NCBI GenBank assembly: GCA_951406725.2
Contig: OX597825.1
Coordinates: forward strand, 64,418,001-64,482,000
From: Octopus vulgaris
Taxonomy: Eukaryota
Length of the DNA: 64,000 bases
Direction of reading: 5' to 3'
Shown one piece after another: positions 41,336 through 53,937 of the stretch. The first letter of the stretch is position 1. Each line of letters begins with the position of its first letter. The position numbers were made by a program, and so were the translations under genes. The notes below the pieces were generated by a model that was given only the letters and a program-made list of their open reading frames with translations, was not told the origin of the DNA and did not search any database.

Positions 41336-43699
41336 TTAACACATTTATTTGCAAGTAAGTAAATGTCTGTTTTAATTTTTTCCGGGTTCATAGGATTATG
41401 CTCAAGGTGGCTTCATCATTCATACGTGCCATCCTTGCTACATGCACCCATCTTTTTTTCAGTAATGGTTTACTCTTGGAAACTGTCACTAATTTCTTCT
41501 AACGTAACTATGTTTCAAAAGCTAAGATGTGTTTTGAGTGAGATTCTGTTCTTATTACAATCAGATAAAATGACAATATACAAGTTTTCCTCATTGTCCT
41601 GTGTTTCGGTTCAGGGATAGGTAGGTGTGTCATATTTACTAATTTCCACCATAGATTGTCCACATACATTTACCTGTTATATAATGTGAGTGATAAGTTA
41701 ATTGCCACAAAATTAATTAACATGGATATGCTGCATTTGGTCGTGTCAGGAGTACCACATAGTTATGAAGCTCTCCATCTCAATATAATTATGAATTTGC
41801 TTATTTTGCTTCCATTCTCCTTGTACATACAAGCATTACTGTATATCTATATGATCATTAATTTCATGCATAAATAAAATTTACATTAGCACGTTGCCAA
41901 CAATTTTGTTTTTGCATAGATTATATTACAATCGAATATAAAAGGGGTTTATAGATTAAGAAAAACTGACTAAATGAGTAACAGCGTATTCTATTATGTT
42001 TTTTGTACAGGGGAAAATGTAATCTTCGTAATTATTTTCAGACCCTCTCAGACTAGTGAGAATTTATCTTCTAACAGGTGACAGATGAGATTGCTTGCAT
42101 CAGAGAAGGACCCAGTAAAGTCATGTTTCTTACCTGGTGGTTGTGTTGTTAAAAGGAGCAGTATTAAGAGTATCACCCAAGCAAACTACAGTGAGATTTG
42201 AGTTTCTTACACAAAAACTGGATTAAATATCGCAACACAACGATCCGACTGATTTTCTTTCAACCACTTTAAAAGGGGGAAATCGAAAATTGTCTTCAAA
42301 AGTGTATAGAATCAGAACACGCCTCCCTAGATATTCTATCTCACACCGTAATGACTCTTCAAATTGATTGCTTCTGTATTTATTTTGAACTAAAGCCGTG
42401 AGCTATACGATAATCTCATTTGTTCTGCATAGTTTCAATGACCGACCAAATTACTAAATTCTTAAAAGTGTGATACTTATGGTTGCAACTGTGTTTCATG
42501 TGTTAGACAGTAGTAGCGCAATACTTATTCAGTCGGTAGCTCGAGATACAATATATCAGCCATATTATGCACCAGGAATATACATCAGAGAACTATTCAG
42601 TATCAAGGTTTTCAGCTTAAATGCAGTGTTTAAAAAATTAATGATAACAGTATCAATAGCGTACATCATCAGTTTATTTTAAAATAGGTACGTAGCGATA
42701 TTTTGATGATAAAGACTAGGCGCCAATTTAGTTATACCAACGGCATGTGTGGTATTAGAAATATGAATTTGACCCAACTTGAATGCGAAACAAAGACGCT
42801 CGTCCTTCTGTAAAAGAGAATTACATTTTGTTATTCGCTGTGAATCACATAAAAGTGAAACGTATTACTGACTATTAGATATGTAACTTAACGATTGGCG
42901 AATAAACCATTAAGCTTCGGTTTTATCACTCTATTACAAGAAGTCATCTGAAAATGAAGCTTAAACTGTTTTGTTTCATTAATGTAGAGTGCACATTTTG
43001 AAATCTTATTTCCTGATTTCTTTCAGACATCTATAATTTCCAATTAGCAAACAGACAGTGACAAACCAGCTGGACATTATCTACTAGAGACATCAGCAAC
43101 TAAAATACATTAATTGCTTATAGACTAATAATTCATTGGATCAAATGTTATTGCTTTATGGTATCTTCATTCAGCTATATTCATCTACAGTGTTTATCTA
43201 CCATCTGTCTGCCTTGAGCGTGAAACAATACAATAACGCATTCTTTCAGAAAGATAGTTGTACTTCGGATTTTCATAGTTTTTCTGTCGACTGTGAATAT
43301 ATACAACATGGACATCAGAATAAAACACACTGGAAAATATCAGTGTAACTCATAATTCAGAGTATTTACCTTAGTTGGTCTGCCATTAATTTACGTCACT
43401 AATACCATTTGAAAATTGATAATATTTATTTGCAAGATGCAGTCACCACATCATTAATCCTTAGAAACGTTAGAAAGATTACAGCTAGTGCTAAATTTGA
43501 TTTGTGTTTGGTGATTTCATTGCATAGATGCTCAACATTCATGCATGAAGACATTATGGGGGGAAGTGAATGAATACTTGTTGGCACCGAACTGAAGGCA
43601 TAGTTAACGAAACTTTTTGTCAGTTAGGTTGCTGAATTCTAGTTGAGATGTAGGAACAATCTGGAATAGCAAGGGTTCCGCTAGGCAAGAACCCCTACA

Positions 43700-45050
43700 T
43701 AAAGTCAACAATTTTGACGAAAGTTTCAAGCATTGGCCGTGCCTCCATTTCTTATATGCTCTGTGAGCCGACTTAAGGTATTCTACAGCAATGTGTGCGA
43801 TTCTTCTATCCCATATCTAATATTTTGCTGATGCGTTTTCCCCATACACGTATTTTGTCAAGTTGTTTGTTACGTTGTTAGACTGGTCTCCCCGAAATGC
43901 TTTACGTTTTTCCGCATTAGGAATCACTTCCTGATGCTGTTCTCCATTCATCACCTCAAAATGCTGTTTTCTCTTCGATTGCAACACTGTATTGTTTTTC
44001 TGAGTATTGCTTAATTATAGAATATCCCTCTCATTATCCAGCCTAAGTGCCCCAGTTAATTTCGTGTCTTTTCAAACATCACTTTGTTCCAATTTTGTTC
44101 TCTGGTCCTTTCTTTTCCTTCCCCTTCTTTTCTTCAACCGGCTTTTGCTTGTATCCTATTATGTCACCCACAACATAAGTAGCGGCTAATTTCTGTCACT
44201 GATATACTCTGTCCCAAACAAAAAGCAACAACTTTTCCTTTGTCTGTGGTTCTCCTTAGCTTTTCTCCGTCCATATCCTTTACACAAAGTGGAATTTCCT
44301 CGTCTATGCCAAACATTTTTTCTCACATCAATTGTAGAATCTCCTCTTATCTTTCAAGGCTTCTTCGAGATTTATTGTTACTCGTCCAGCAATATCTATT
44401 TTACTATGTACTTCATCAACATTCTCAGTCACAAACTAATATTCTTAATTACCACTTTCCATTATGGTTTTTTCACACCCTCCCTGTTCATTTTCTATTT
44501 TTGTTCAAATCTCTTCTGGACTCTTTATTCTGTAATACAATCATTTATACAAATTGCCCTTGCCTGGAGCAATTTTGTCAATCGTTGGATAGAAACTTTG
44601 ACGAACTCCATTTCATCCCATAACCTCTTCACTAGTTTCATAAAACATATTTTCTTCGGACCACTTCTCAGCCAACATTTACTCACAACATTTTCTCCTA
44701 GTTCATGTTTCTGATATTTAACGATGACCCGCCGCAGCTTGACCAGAAACTCCATGCCTGCCGTCCGTAAGATCTTCTCTATTGACAGCACTGACCCCGT
44801 TAATGCAGTTATCGTGACTGTTTGAAATTTAAAATTTTGAGTTTTCATTTACAAGGTTTTGCAATGACCAGTATTTTTATCGTAACAACATTACAAGGCA
44901 GGTTGCCAACCGAGGCGCAGAGAGTCCACACCAATTCTCATATACACATAGTCGGATAGCTATCGACTCTCATGATTTCCTTCGCATTTGACGGGTTTTG
45001 TTTTTCGTCCGGTAGGGTGTTCAAACAGCGCTCTCTGCTTTTCCGCATTG
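43700..45050 (-). mobile_element. R4/Dong-like retrotransposon 5'/pre-RT remnant
   Basis: TQKNNTVLQSKRKQHFEVMNGEQHQEVIPNAEKRKAF resembles the pre-RT motif QN..F..N.K.FY..LNG....P.AE....FW. Upstream ENVVSKCWLRSGPKKICFMKLVKRLWDEM resembles the family N-terminus. Many stops and frameshifts. Confidence 0.55.
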
Positions 45051-46559
45051 TATATAGCTAATATGTCCCCCAGAGTACATCCATGAAATTATTTATGGTG
45101 ATTAACCAGCTAAAGAACATAAATAAAAGAAAATTATAAACGTGAAAATTAAATGGCAAGGAAAGGAAGAAGATAGAAGAGAAGGAAAGAACGACTTTTC
45201 TATAGAAAACAGAAAAAGATTTCTAATTTATGGATTCTTTATCGCAGAGAATGCTCAGCCTGCCAGAGAAGTATTTGCCAAACTCTACATTAATAACCAT
45301 CCACAAAAAGATTGTTAATGTTTGATTTATGAGATTGATTTCAGAACTTTACTATAGAGATTAATAAATATGAATAGGATGTGGAACTCCAAGTGACATG
45401 TTTCCCACAATACCCCTTTGTGTTTGAGTTTTTCCTTGTGTTTGTTAATCTTAGGATCTTTTAAAGTTTGCTTTTAAGTTTCCGTGAATCTATTACGTTG
45501 TGCTCAAACACGACGTCTTCCATATTAAATCGTAGTTGGCGGTTGGTTTTGACTGCTTAAAGTATGATACTATAAAAGAAACTTGATTCGCTGAATATTA
45601 GCAAAGAAACATGGTATGATAGCCCATCAGAGAACCTTTGTATAACAAATTTTCCCCATCACTTTTTTGCTTAGAATTTTCTCTGGGCCTGTCATGTAGA
45701 CACGATTAATATTTTTAGTATGAGACTTGTTCATGCATTCATACACTCTCCAACTCTGAGACAATTTGAGGATAAATGTAAAGATGACTGTTATTACCGC
45801 CAATTTATATAGCAATACCTGTATTTTATCAGTCCCCCATTTTGTACCTTAATTTTCAAACATCTTTATTTGTCTTGACATCTTAGCAACAATACAGGCA
45901 TTTGCGTGACTGTATACTTCCAAGGTACTCAAAATTCCCTACATTTTTTTTAGCTCATCTCGACTTAATTCAAGAAGAGTAATCTGTTTTAGGACAGGAG
46001 AATGCATTAATGATATTTTTCTCCTTCTCGTATTGAGTTCAAAGTTGTAAGAGAACTGAAAGATTCATGTTTTCATCCTGAACACATCTTGAACAAGAAA
46101 TCAAAATTCATCTGCAAACAGCCGTTCACAGTTAACTAGATGCTGGAATTTCCTTTTAAGCTCACAACTTGTGAAGGCTGAACAATTGGTCATTAGATCT
46201 TTTCGAAATAGTGTCTGAAAGCATAATGATAAAAAGGACAAATGCTAAAATACAACACCGTTCACACAATTCATAACAGAAAATGATACAGATACGTCGT
46301 GTAGGTATACACTCATGAAAACAGTTATGCAACACAAATATGTGTATATATGTATATACATATATAAATAAGGTTGAACAATATTTGAACAAATTTCCAC
46401 AATATTGTATGTCAAAATACTTGATGAAATCAGCAAAGATCTAGCATCAAAAAAAGTATCAGTATCTAATGAATGCTATTCTTCCACTCTAAAATAACTA
46501 AAGTGTGCGGTGTGTAAGCGTGCATGTAAGTACATGAAGTTGGGGATAAATTCGACAAC

Positions 46560-47330
46560 TTTTCTATGCCTGCTTTTTTCAGGAACACCTTGATGTATTG
46601 GCGAACAGTCACCGGCATAATTGAGAAAGAAGTAACCTCATACACAGAGGACTGGAAGCTATCTGAATACTGGGAAAGAGTTACCTGCATCCTAATGCTT
46701 TGCACCAGGTGTCAAAATGCTACCATCATCATTGCGGTTCAATGCTTTGTGAACATTGTAAAGTCTGTAAGCCGTGATATGAACAACTGCAACGGAGACT
46801 AAGCAGGCGTTCTGTATTCATCCTCACATCTAAGAACTGAGCCTTAGGCTCAATTTAAACAGCTTTATGAAGCTGCTGGCAATTGTGGACAAAGCCTGGC
46901 GGGAGAGGGATCCTGTTGGAAGGTCATATGTATATGGCACGAGGATTCGGTTCCTTGCCATAACTCCGGACTGAGCCAGAAGTGTTTGCCAGAGGATCTC
47001 TACGACTTCACCAACCCCGATTTCTAGTCACCTAATTGTAATCGCAAGGCTTACTATGTGTGTGGCGCGGTTGGGAAAGATAGTAACCGCTCTGCTTGCA
47101 ACGCCTAGCTAGTGGCAAGGACCTAGGTGTTCGCAGGTCTTTCCCGAGACACAGTGAGGAATGCATGCACACAATTTCAGACGTTTCTTGAAGGTATGGT
47201 GGAAACTGAGGGTAGCAACTTCGAGTGAACTATCCATAATCTACTTGATATTTTTTCGAATTTTAAAATTTTGTTTGTTTGTTTTTTTCTTTTGATGTAA
47301 ACTATCAGATTCATCCCGAATACCTTGCAT
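46560..47330 (+). mobile_element. degenerate maT-like (Tc1/mariner superfamily) transposon
   Basis: GRSYV/WHEDSVPCHNSGLSQKCLPEDLYDFTNPDF*SPN..YYVCGAV parallels the catalytic region at 54640-54800. N-terminal WKLSEYWERV...NCNGD. Confidence 0.65.
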
Positions 47331-48537
47331 GTACTTACATGTATGTTTATGCATGTAATTACATAGGTATATGTAGGTCATTTACGCACATTCAAGTGTC
47401 AGGTATTGGTTTTATGACGGTGACACTAGATAACACATTTTGCCCAAGATAACACAGAATGGGAATCCAACCTGAAAACATTTTCGAGCTAAGCAAATTT
47501 CTTAACCACACGTCAGCACCTAGTATTGTGCATCAGAAGTGTATAATATAAAACCTGATAATGCATCTCTGTTTGTCACATTGCATTGCGTTTATCTCAT
47601 TAGTTGTTACATATTTTTGCTTATTTAATTCTCTATCTACCATCTGTTTATTTCCTCTGTAGTCGTCAGCAGTCGGTATTGTAGATTCTTTCAAAGTCAT
47701 TTAGCTGATAATTAGCTTTGCAGCAAACCTGTTTTCCTCCCTGGAGTTTCTTGTTTAACCAACCGACAGAACCGTTGTGTTGCTAAGAATCATCTTCCCC
47801 ACCAACGGTTTAACTAATGCAAATCTTCAATGCGTTTTCAACATCTTATAATATCATATTCTAATTTAATCTCAGCTATATTGCATAAGTATTCTCTATT
47901 TCCTTGCATTTGTTTTCCAGGAAAATTCAGAATAATTTGTAAGTTTACCTTCCTTTTCACGGCTAAAATAGAAATATTACATTAATAAAACGTTTTGTGC
48001 AGATGTCCGAAAAAGAGAAACTTAGTTTACATCTCATTGATTGGTTTATTGTGTGCTGTTGTGAGGTTGACAGAGCGAGGGTGTAATATTGTGGATATCT
48101 ACGCTTCTCTTAAAAGGCCATATAAATTGCTGTGAGTACCAATGCAATTTATACCACCATAATAAAAGCCATACTTATTTTTATGTTTATTATGAACATA
48201 TATTTCCATTTCAGATTCCTTGCTCTGAGCGTCATAGTTTTCTGTTTCTTTGGAACTGATTAATTCCTATATGGGAAAAAGTAATTGCTAACTTACAATC
48301 TAGATTAAATGGTAATGGTTCTTGAAGAAAGAACCTCCATGTAGGAATCAATAAACAAATCATAACGGAGATTTGCCTGCGACCATTTCCATTTAAGGTA
48401 TATCGATTTTCATGGGTTGTTTGTTCAGCTAAAAATATTTGTGACAAAACTTTCGACGTCTAGAAATATTTAATTAAGCAAAGTTCACAGTTTGTAAGAT
48501 AACTAATAATTACAACTGTATATAGGATTAAGCACCC

Positions 48538-48926
48538 TCTTTTACTTGTTTCAGTAATTTCACTGCGGCCATGCTGAATCACCGCCTTTAGACGAGCAAA
48601 TTGACCCCGGGGCTTATTCTTTAGAAACCTAGTACTTATTCTATCGGTCTCTTTTGCCGAACCGCCAAGTTGCGGGGAACGTAAACACACCACCATCGGT
48701 TGTCAAGCGAATTTGGAAGGGGGACAAACATACACACACATACATATATATATATTCATATATACGACGGGCTTCTTTCAGTTTCCGTCTACTACATCCA
48801 CACTCAAGGCTTTGGTCGGTCCGAGGTTATAGTAGAAGATACGTGCCCAAGGTGCCACGCAGTGGGAATTAACCCAGAACCATGTGGTTGGTAAGCAAGC
48901 TACCTACCACACAGCCACTCCTGCGC
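48538..48926 (-). mobile_element. SINE family A, full length
   Basis: Reverse complement of 1647-2047, including head GCGCAGGAGTGGCTGTGTGGTAG. Confidence 0.9.
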
Positions 48927-49710
48927 TACATCAAAGAAAGTTCAAATAAAGCTCAGAAGATTTCATCCATGTATGTTCTATTTCCAACTGAACGTCCTTC
49001 ACGAAGAATTATTGATGTGCTCCACTATAGTGGCTATCATATCAATCCCTCTCTGTATGGATTACCAAGAATTTTAGTTCTTTCTATCATTGACATTTAA
49101 CAAATTGTCAGTTTCAGAACTAGTTGCTGTCAAGAAACAATAATTGTTGAATTTGTTGTTCTTGCTGTTTGAGTCTGTGTCATCGATGATGCTTCTATTG
49201 AAATTGTTTCTGTTGTGGTGGTTATTATTGTGGTTGTTTTTGTTTCTTATTTTATGTGTATAATTCCTGATTGCAGATGTCACCATTGGAGTTGCTGCCT
49301 TGTAATACAGCGACTCCAATGGTGACATTTGTCGACAGCGGCTTTAGCGACACGCTACAAAACCAATTAAGGTCAGAGAAGAGAATCTAATGAAGATCTC
49401 AAGCATGGATTACAGCAAGGATTTTCCGTGCTAAATATTACTAAAGGCATTAATCATTGATTTTTTTTCCTCTCTGCGAATATCTAAGCGATTACATGAG
49501 TCTGGAGTGTGGCGTTAGAATGTAGGCTCCGGAAAGATCCGTTTACCACCGAAATCTAACGGTCGTAACTGATCTAACTGGACGTAATTGAAAAAAGCAT
49601 AATGGATCCCTGGGTAGTTAAATGAACTATTTACTCTCCATTTACTTAAAGTTATGTATCAGGAAAACATTGCCTGAATTTCTACAATGAGATTGCAATA
49701 AAGTCGAGGT

Positions 49711-49890
49711 CATTATTTACATTATTTACATTTAACGGGTATTTGTCCGATATACCCTCCAGCCTTCATCAGGTGTCTTGGAGGCAATTTCGAACCTGGG
49801 TTCTAATTCCTGCGGTATTTTTCGATGTTGTTGTTATTATTATTATTTTTATTATTATTATTTTTATTATTATTATAATTATTATTATTA

Positions 49891-49953
<63 letters not shown>

Positions 49954-50038
49954 CCACTGCTTGGAATCGAACTCGGAATCTTGGGGTTAGTAACCCGCGT
50001 TCCTAACCACTACGCCATCTACACGTTGGCATATAGCG
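49711..50038 (-). mobile_element. tRNA-headed HHR element, most complete copy (3' half of HHR deleted)
   Basis: Minus strand: GGCGTAGTGGTTAGG...GGGTTACTAACCCC...GTTCGATTCC-(AAT)n-CATCGAAAAATAC...CCAGGTTCGAAAT...GACAC-CTGATGA-AGGCTGGAGGGTATATC|GGACAAATA...(TGTAAATAA)n. Confidence 0.8.
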
Positions 50039-50126
50039 ATGTCAGTTCTACATTTCATGTTTTCATGTTCGACACACTAGAGTGCTAATCCGGTTCAATA
50101 ATCTGTCGGGTTTACTAGAGAATCAT

Positions 50127-50246
50127 ACAAAATCCCTTAAAGAAATTCTCCCACCCCTTACCGTTTGTTTTCGATTGGTACGTTTAATCCGTCACGCTGT
50201 TTAACACTGTCACTTAGTCTTTAGGGGACTTTAAGGGATTTCACTA
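50127..50246. mobile_element. possible small MITE
   Basis: 13-bp perfect inverted repeat AAATCCCTTAAAG (50130-50142) / CTTTAAGGGATTT (50229-50241), extendable imperfectly to TA ends. Confidence 0.3.
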
Positions 50247-51190
50247 TGTTGCAAATTTTCTGATATAACGATAAGTTCTCCTATACTGCTTACCATCTAA
50301 CGAAGCCTTGGGAAAAATATACAGGGCCGTGGATGTTGGCCTAATCTCCCTGCCCAAACGATTAGCAAAATAAAAGTTCGGTGGGATCAGATTTATAATT
50401 CAATATTTTCTTTCTTTTCCGTGTTGAATAAATAAAAGTTGGTGACATGTACTTAGGTACATTTAATTCAGTAACTATACGCCATCGCGTGCTACATGTG
50501 TGGCGATGAAAAGAAAAACAAGGAAAAAAGAACCATTGTTGTTATTGGGTTTTATGGTGTGGGTTTAAGTTACAATGATGTATAAGAAATGTTTTTTTTT
50601 TTTTTTTATTTAACGACACAATTCAGAGCGCAAAACTGAACCAGACAAGAGTCGATGTGAACAGTTATAACATAAAATCTGTTACAGTATTTGAAGTCCT
50701 TTACTTGTTGTTTGTTTTCTTATAGTTGCGATTTTTTTTAATTGAGGCAAGCTGGCGGCTTAAATGTGGTTTTAAATTTTATTACATATCATATGTATTT
50801 TTCGTTAATCCATTCAATTCACCCCCCCCCAACCACACATTAAACATACATATATTTATACAAATACATATAATACATACACACACGCACACACATACAC
50901 ACACACATATATATACATATATATATATTGTTGTTTGCGTAATTTGAAAAAGAAAACAACACATTATTCTTGAGGTTGTCCGCTTTTACTCCTATGCTTT
51001 TACTGAGGATTGTATATAATTAAAAGACTGTAACAGCTGCCGCGGGATTAAAACACGCGCACATGCATGTGCACGCACACTAATAACCACATGCATTTAT
51101 ATACATACATTTATACATGCATACAACTGTACACAAAAATCCCACATATATGTATGTGTGCGTGTGTGTGTGTGTGTGTGTGTATATATA

Positions 51191-51500
51191 TCACCGTGAT
51201 CATCATGACCGACCAGGATATCAGATGTTGCTACACATCGCTGGTCACAATGCGCTTCGCATTGTTTTAGCCTTCAAATGACGCCACCCCGCTGGCTAAG
51301 TGAGCAGGCCAACAGAAGAAACAGTGAAAGAAAATTGCGGCGAAAGAGTACAGCAGGGATCGCCCCCCCCCCCCTGCCGGAGCCTCCTGGAGCTTTAGGT
51401 GTTTTCGCTCAATAAGCACTCACAAACGCCCGGTCTGGGAATCGAAACCGCGATCCTACAACCGCGAGTCCGCTGCCCTAACCACTGGGCCTTTGCCCCT
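51191..51500 (-). mobile_element. SINE family B, tail type Y
   Basis: Same head and body as 37821-38202 up to ...GCTGTACTCTTT, then an unrelated tail GGCCTGCTCACTTAGCCAGCGGGGTGGCGTCATTTGAAGG...CACGGTGAT. Confidence 0.85.
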
Positions 51501-51504
51501 GTAC

Positions 51505-51538
<34 letters not shown>

Positions 51539-51836
51539 CTACGCAGGAACGACTCCTTTAACGAAATCGCGTCTTGCCCCAGCGTTCGAAAACGCGTACC
51601 AGATAAAACAGGGGACAATTGATGAAGGGGTTGTTCTTTATGTTGCTTTTCTTGTTTCTCTCTTTGATTCTTTCGTTGTTCGAAAAAAAGCTCATATTCC
51701 ATGTTTTTGTTTATTTACGTTCTCGTTTTTCATATCGTTCGCGTTTTTCTGACGTCCTGTACTCATATATGCATGTATGTATACATATATATATGTAGGT
51801 ATGTACATATATGTAAGTATATATGCATACATATTA

Positions 51837-51893
<57 letters not shown>

Positions 51894-51984
51894 AAAACAA
51901 GAAAACACAAAAAAAACACAGCAACGCGAGGACGTGGAACAATTAAAGTATTATTTGACGCTCAGGAAAGAAGGGAAGAAGAGG

Positions 51985-52019
51985 GTTTAACGTTTCGAGC
52001 GGAGCTCTTCGTCGGAAAC
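51985..52019 (-). ncRNA. minimal hammerhead motif with variant core CCGACGA, in a pLTR-like repeat (51890-52065)
   Basis: Minus strand GTTT-CCGACGA-A-GAGC TCC GCTC-GAAAC-GTT-AAAC: perfect stems I and II, palindromic AACGTT stem III. Confidence 0.7.
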
Positions 52020-52560
52020 AAGGAGAAGGAAAGATCCCGAGAAGGGAAGACAGAGGAAAAAAATATTTATGCTGGTGGTGCTCAAGAGATCACATGTTGA
52101 AAACATATAAATATATATATATATGTTTATTGATTTATTTAACATATATAAATATGTATATGGACTTTATATTTGAATATATAATACATACATGTATACA
52201 TGCATTTATACATGCATGATTATATGCACACATTACACACGTAGATACATACCTACATAGACGTGCGTGAGGTTATATTTATATGGATGTGTTGACATAT
52301 AAAACATAAGCAAAGAATGGACAATGCATACGCATATATGTGTGTGTGTTTGAGTTAGCGTAAGAATGTATGAATGTTGAGTGTTATACATAAAAAATTG
52401 CTATGTGCCTATAGGCATGCAGATTTATGCATTTAATGCACATGCACGTGCGCAAATAAGATGAGAAGCGCAGCGTTGACATTACCCTTGTGCATTTAGT
52501 GCGTTGAAATGGGAAACGTGTGAGTTTATATATATGTGTGTATATATATATATATATAAT

Positions 52561-52975
52561 AGGCGCAGGTTGGCTGTGTGGTAAGTAGCTTGCTAACCAA
52601 CCACATGGTTCCGGGTTCAGTCCCACTGCGTGGCATCTTGGGCAAGTGTCTTCTGCTATAGCCCCGGGCCGACCAATGCCTTGTGAATGGATTTGGTAGA
52701 CGGAAACTGAAAGAAGCCTGTCGTATATATGTGTATATATATGTATGTGTGTTTGTTTGTGTGTCTGTGTTTGTCCCCCTAGCATTGCTTGACAACCGAT
52801 GCTGGTGTGTTTATGTCCCCGTTACTTAGCGGTTCGGCAAAAGAGACCGATAACATAAGTACTGGGCTTACAAAAAAAGAATAAGTCCCGGGGTCGAGTC
52901 GCTCGACTAAAGGCGGTGCTCCAGCATGGCCGCAGTCAAAGGACTGAAACAAGTAAAAGAGTAAAAGAGTAAAAG
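52561..52975 (+). mobile_element. SINE family A, full length, young
   Basis: Nearly identical to 1647-2047; (GAGTAAAA)n tail. Confidence 0.92.
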
Positions 52976-53475
52976 AATATATACATATATACACACACAC
53001 ACATATATGTATGTATGTATGTATGGATGGATGGATGGATGGATGGATTTATGGATGGATGGATGTATGTATGCCTGAAGTGCTGAATGGAGAGCCGATG
53101 TTTCCGTGTGCTTATGAATCGCAATAGACGATATTACGCTTATGTACACACGCACACACATACACTTATTATGTACATACAGGTACACTCACATACACAC
53201 ACATGTACTTGTATAGAGACAGTAAACTGAATAGAGAGGCCAGTGGTTGTAGAACTAGAAAACTGTCAGCGAAAGTGCATATAACAATATATGCGTATAC
53301 TGTCTCGTGTTCGTGTAAATATATGCAAAAAAATCAATTTATATTCATGTGTATCAAATATATTTTTGAATTTTAAATTAAAGAAATTGTATTTCAACAT
53401 CTTTTTATATTAATTTTTAAATTAAAATTAGAAAATTGATGTATTTTCGTCTGTGTCCCACAGTTTTCTCTTCTG

Positions 53476-53476
53476 C

Positions 53477-53567
<91 letters not shown>

Positions 53568-53571
53568 CTAA

Positions 53572-53604
<33 letters not shown>

Positions 53605-53608
53605 CTAA

Positions 53609-53669
<61 letters not shown>

Positions 53670-53673
53670 CTAA

Positions 53674-53725
<52 letters not shown>

Positions 53726-53734
53726 ATATATCTA

Positions 53735-53818
<84 letters not shown>
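53476..53818. repeat. (TATC)n array with recurrent CTAA interruptions
   Basis: CTATCCTAACTATC recurs three times within the array. Confidence 0.95.
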
Positions 53819-53882
53819 AATCTGTTTGTCTGTCTGTCTAGCTATCCTTCTAATTATACATCTATCTATCTATCTGTCGCTC

Positions 53883-53935
<53 letters not shown>

Positions 53936-53937
53936 AT

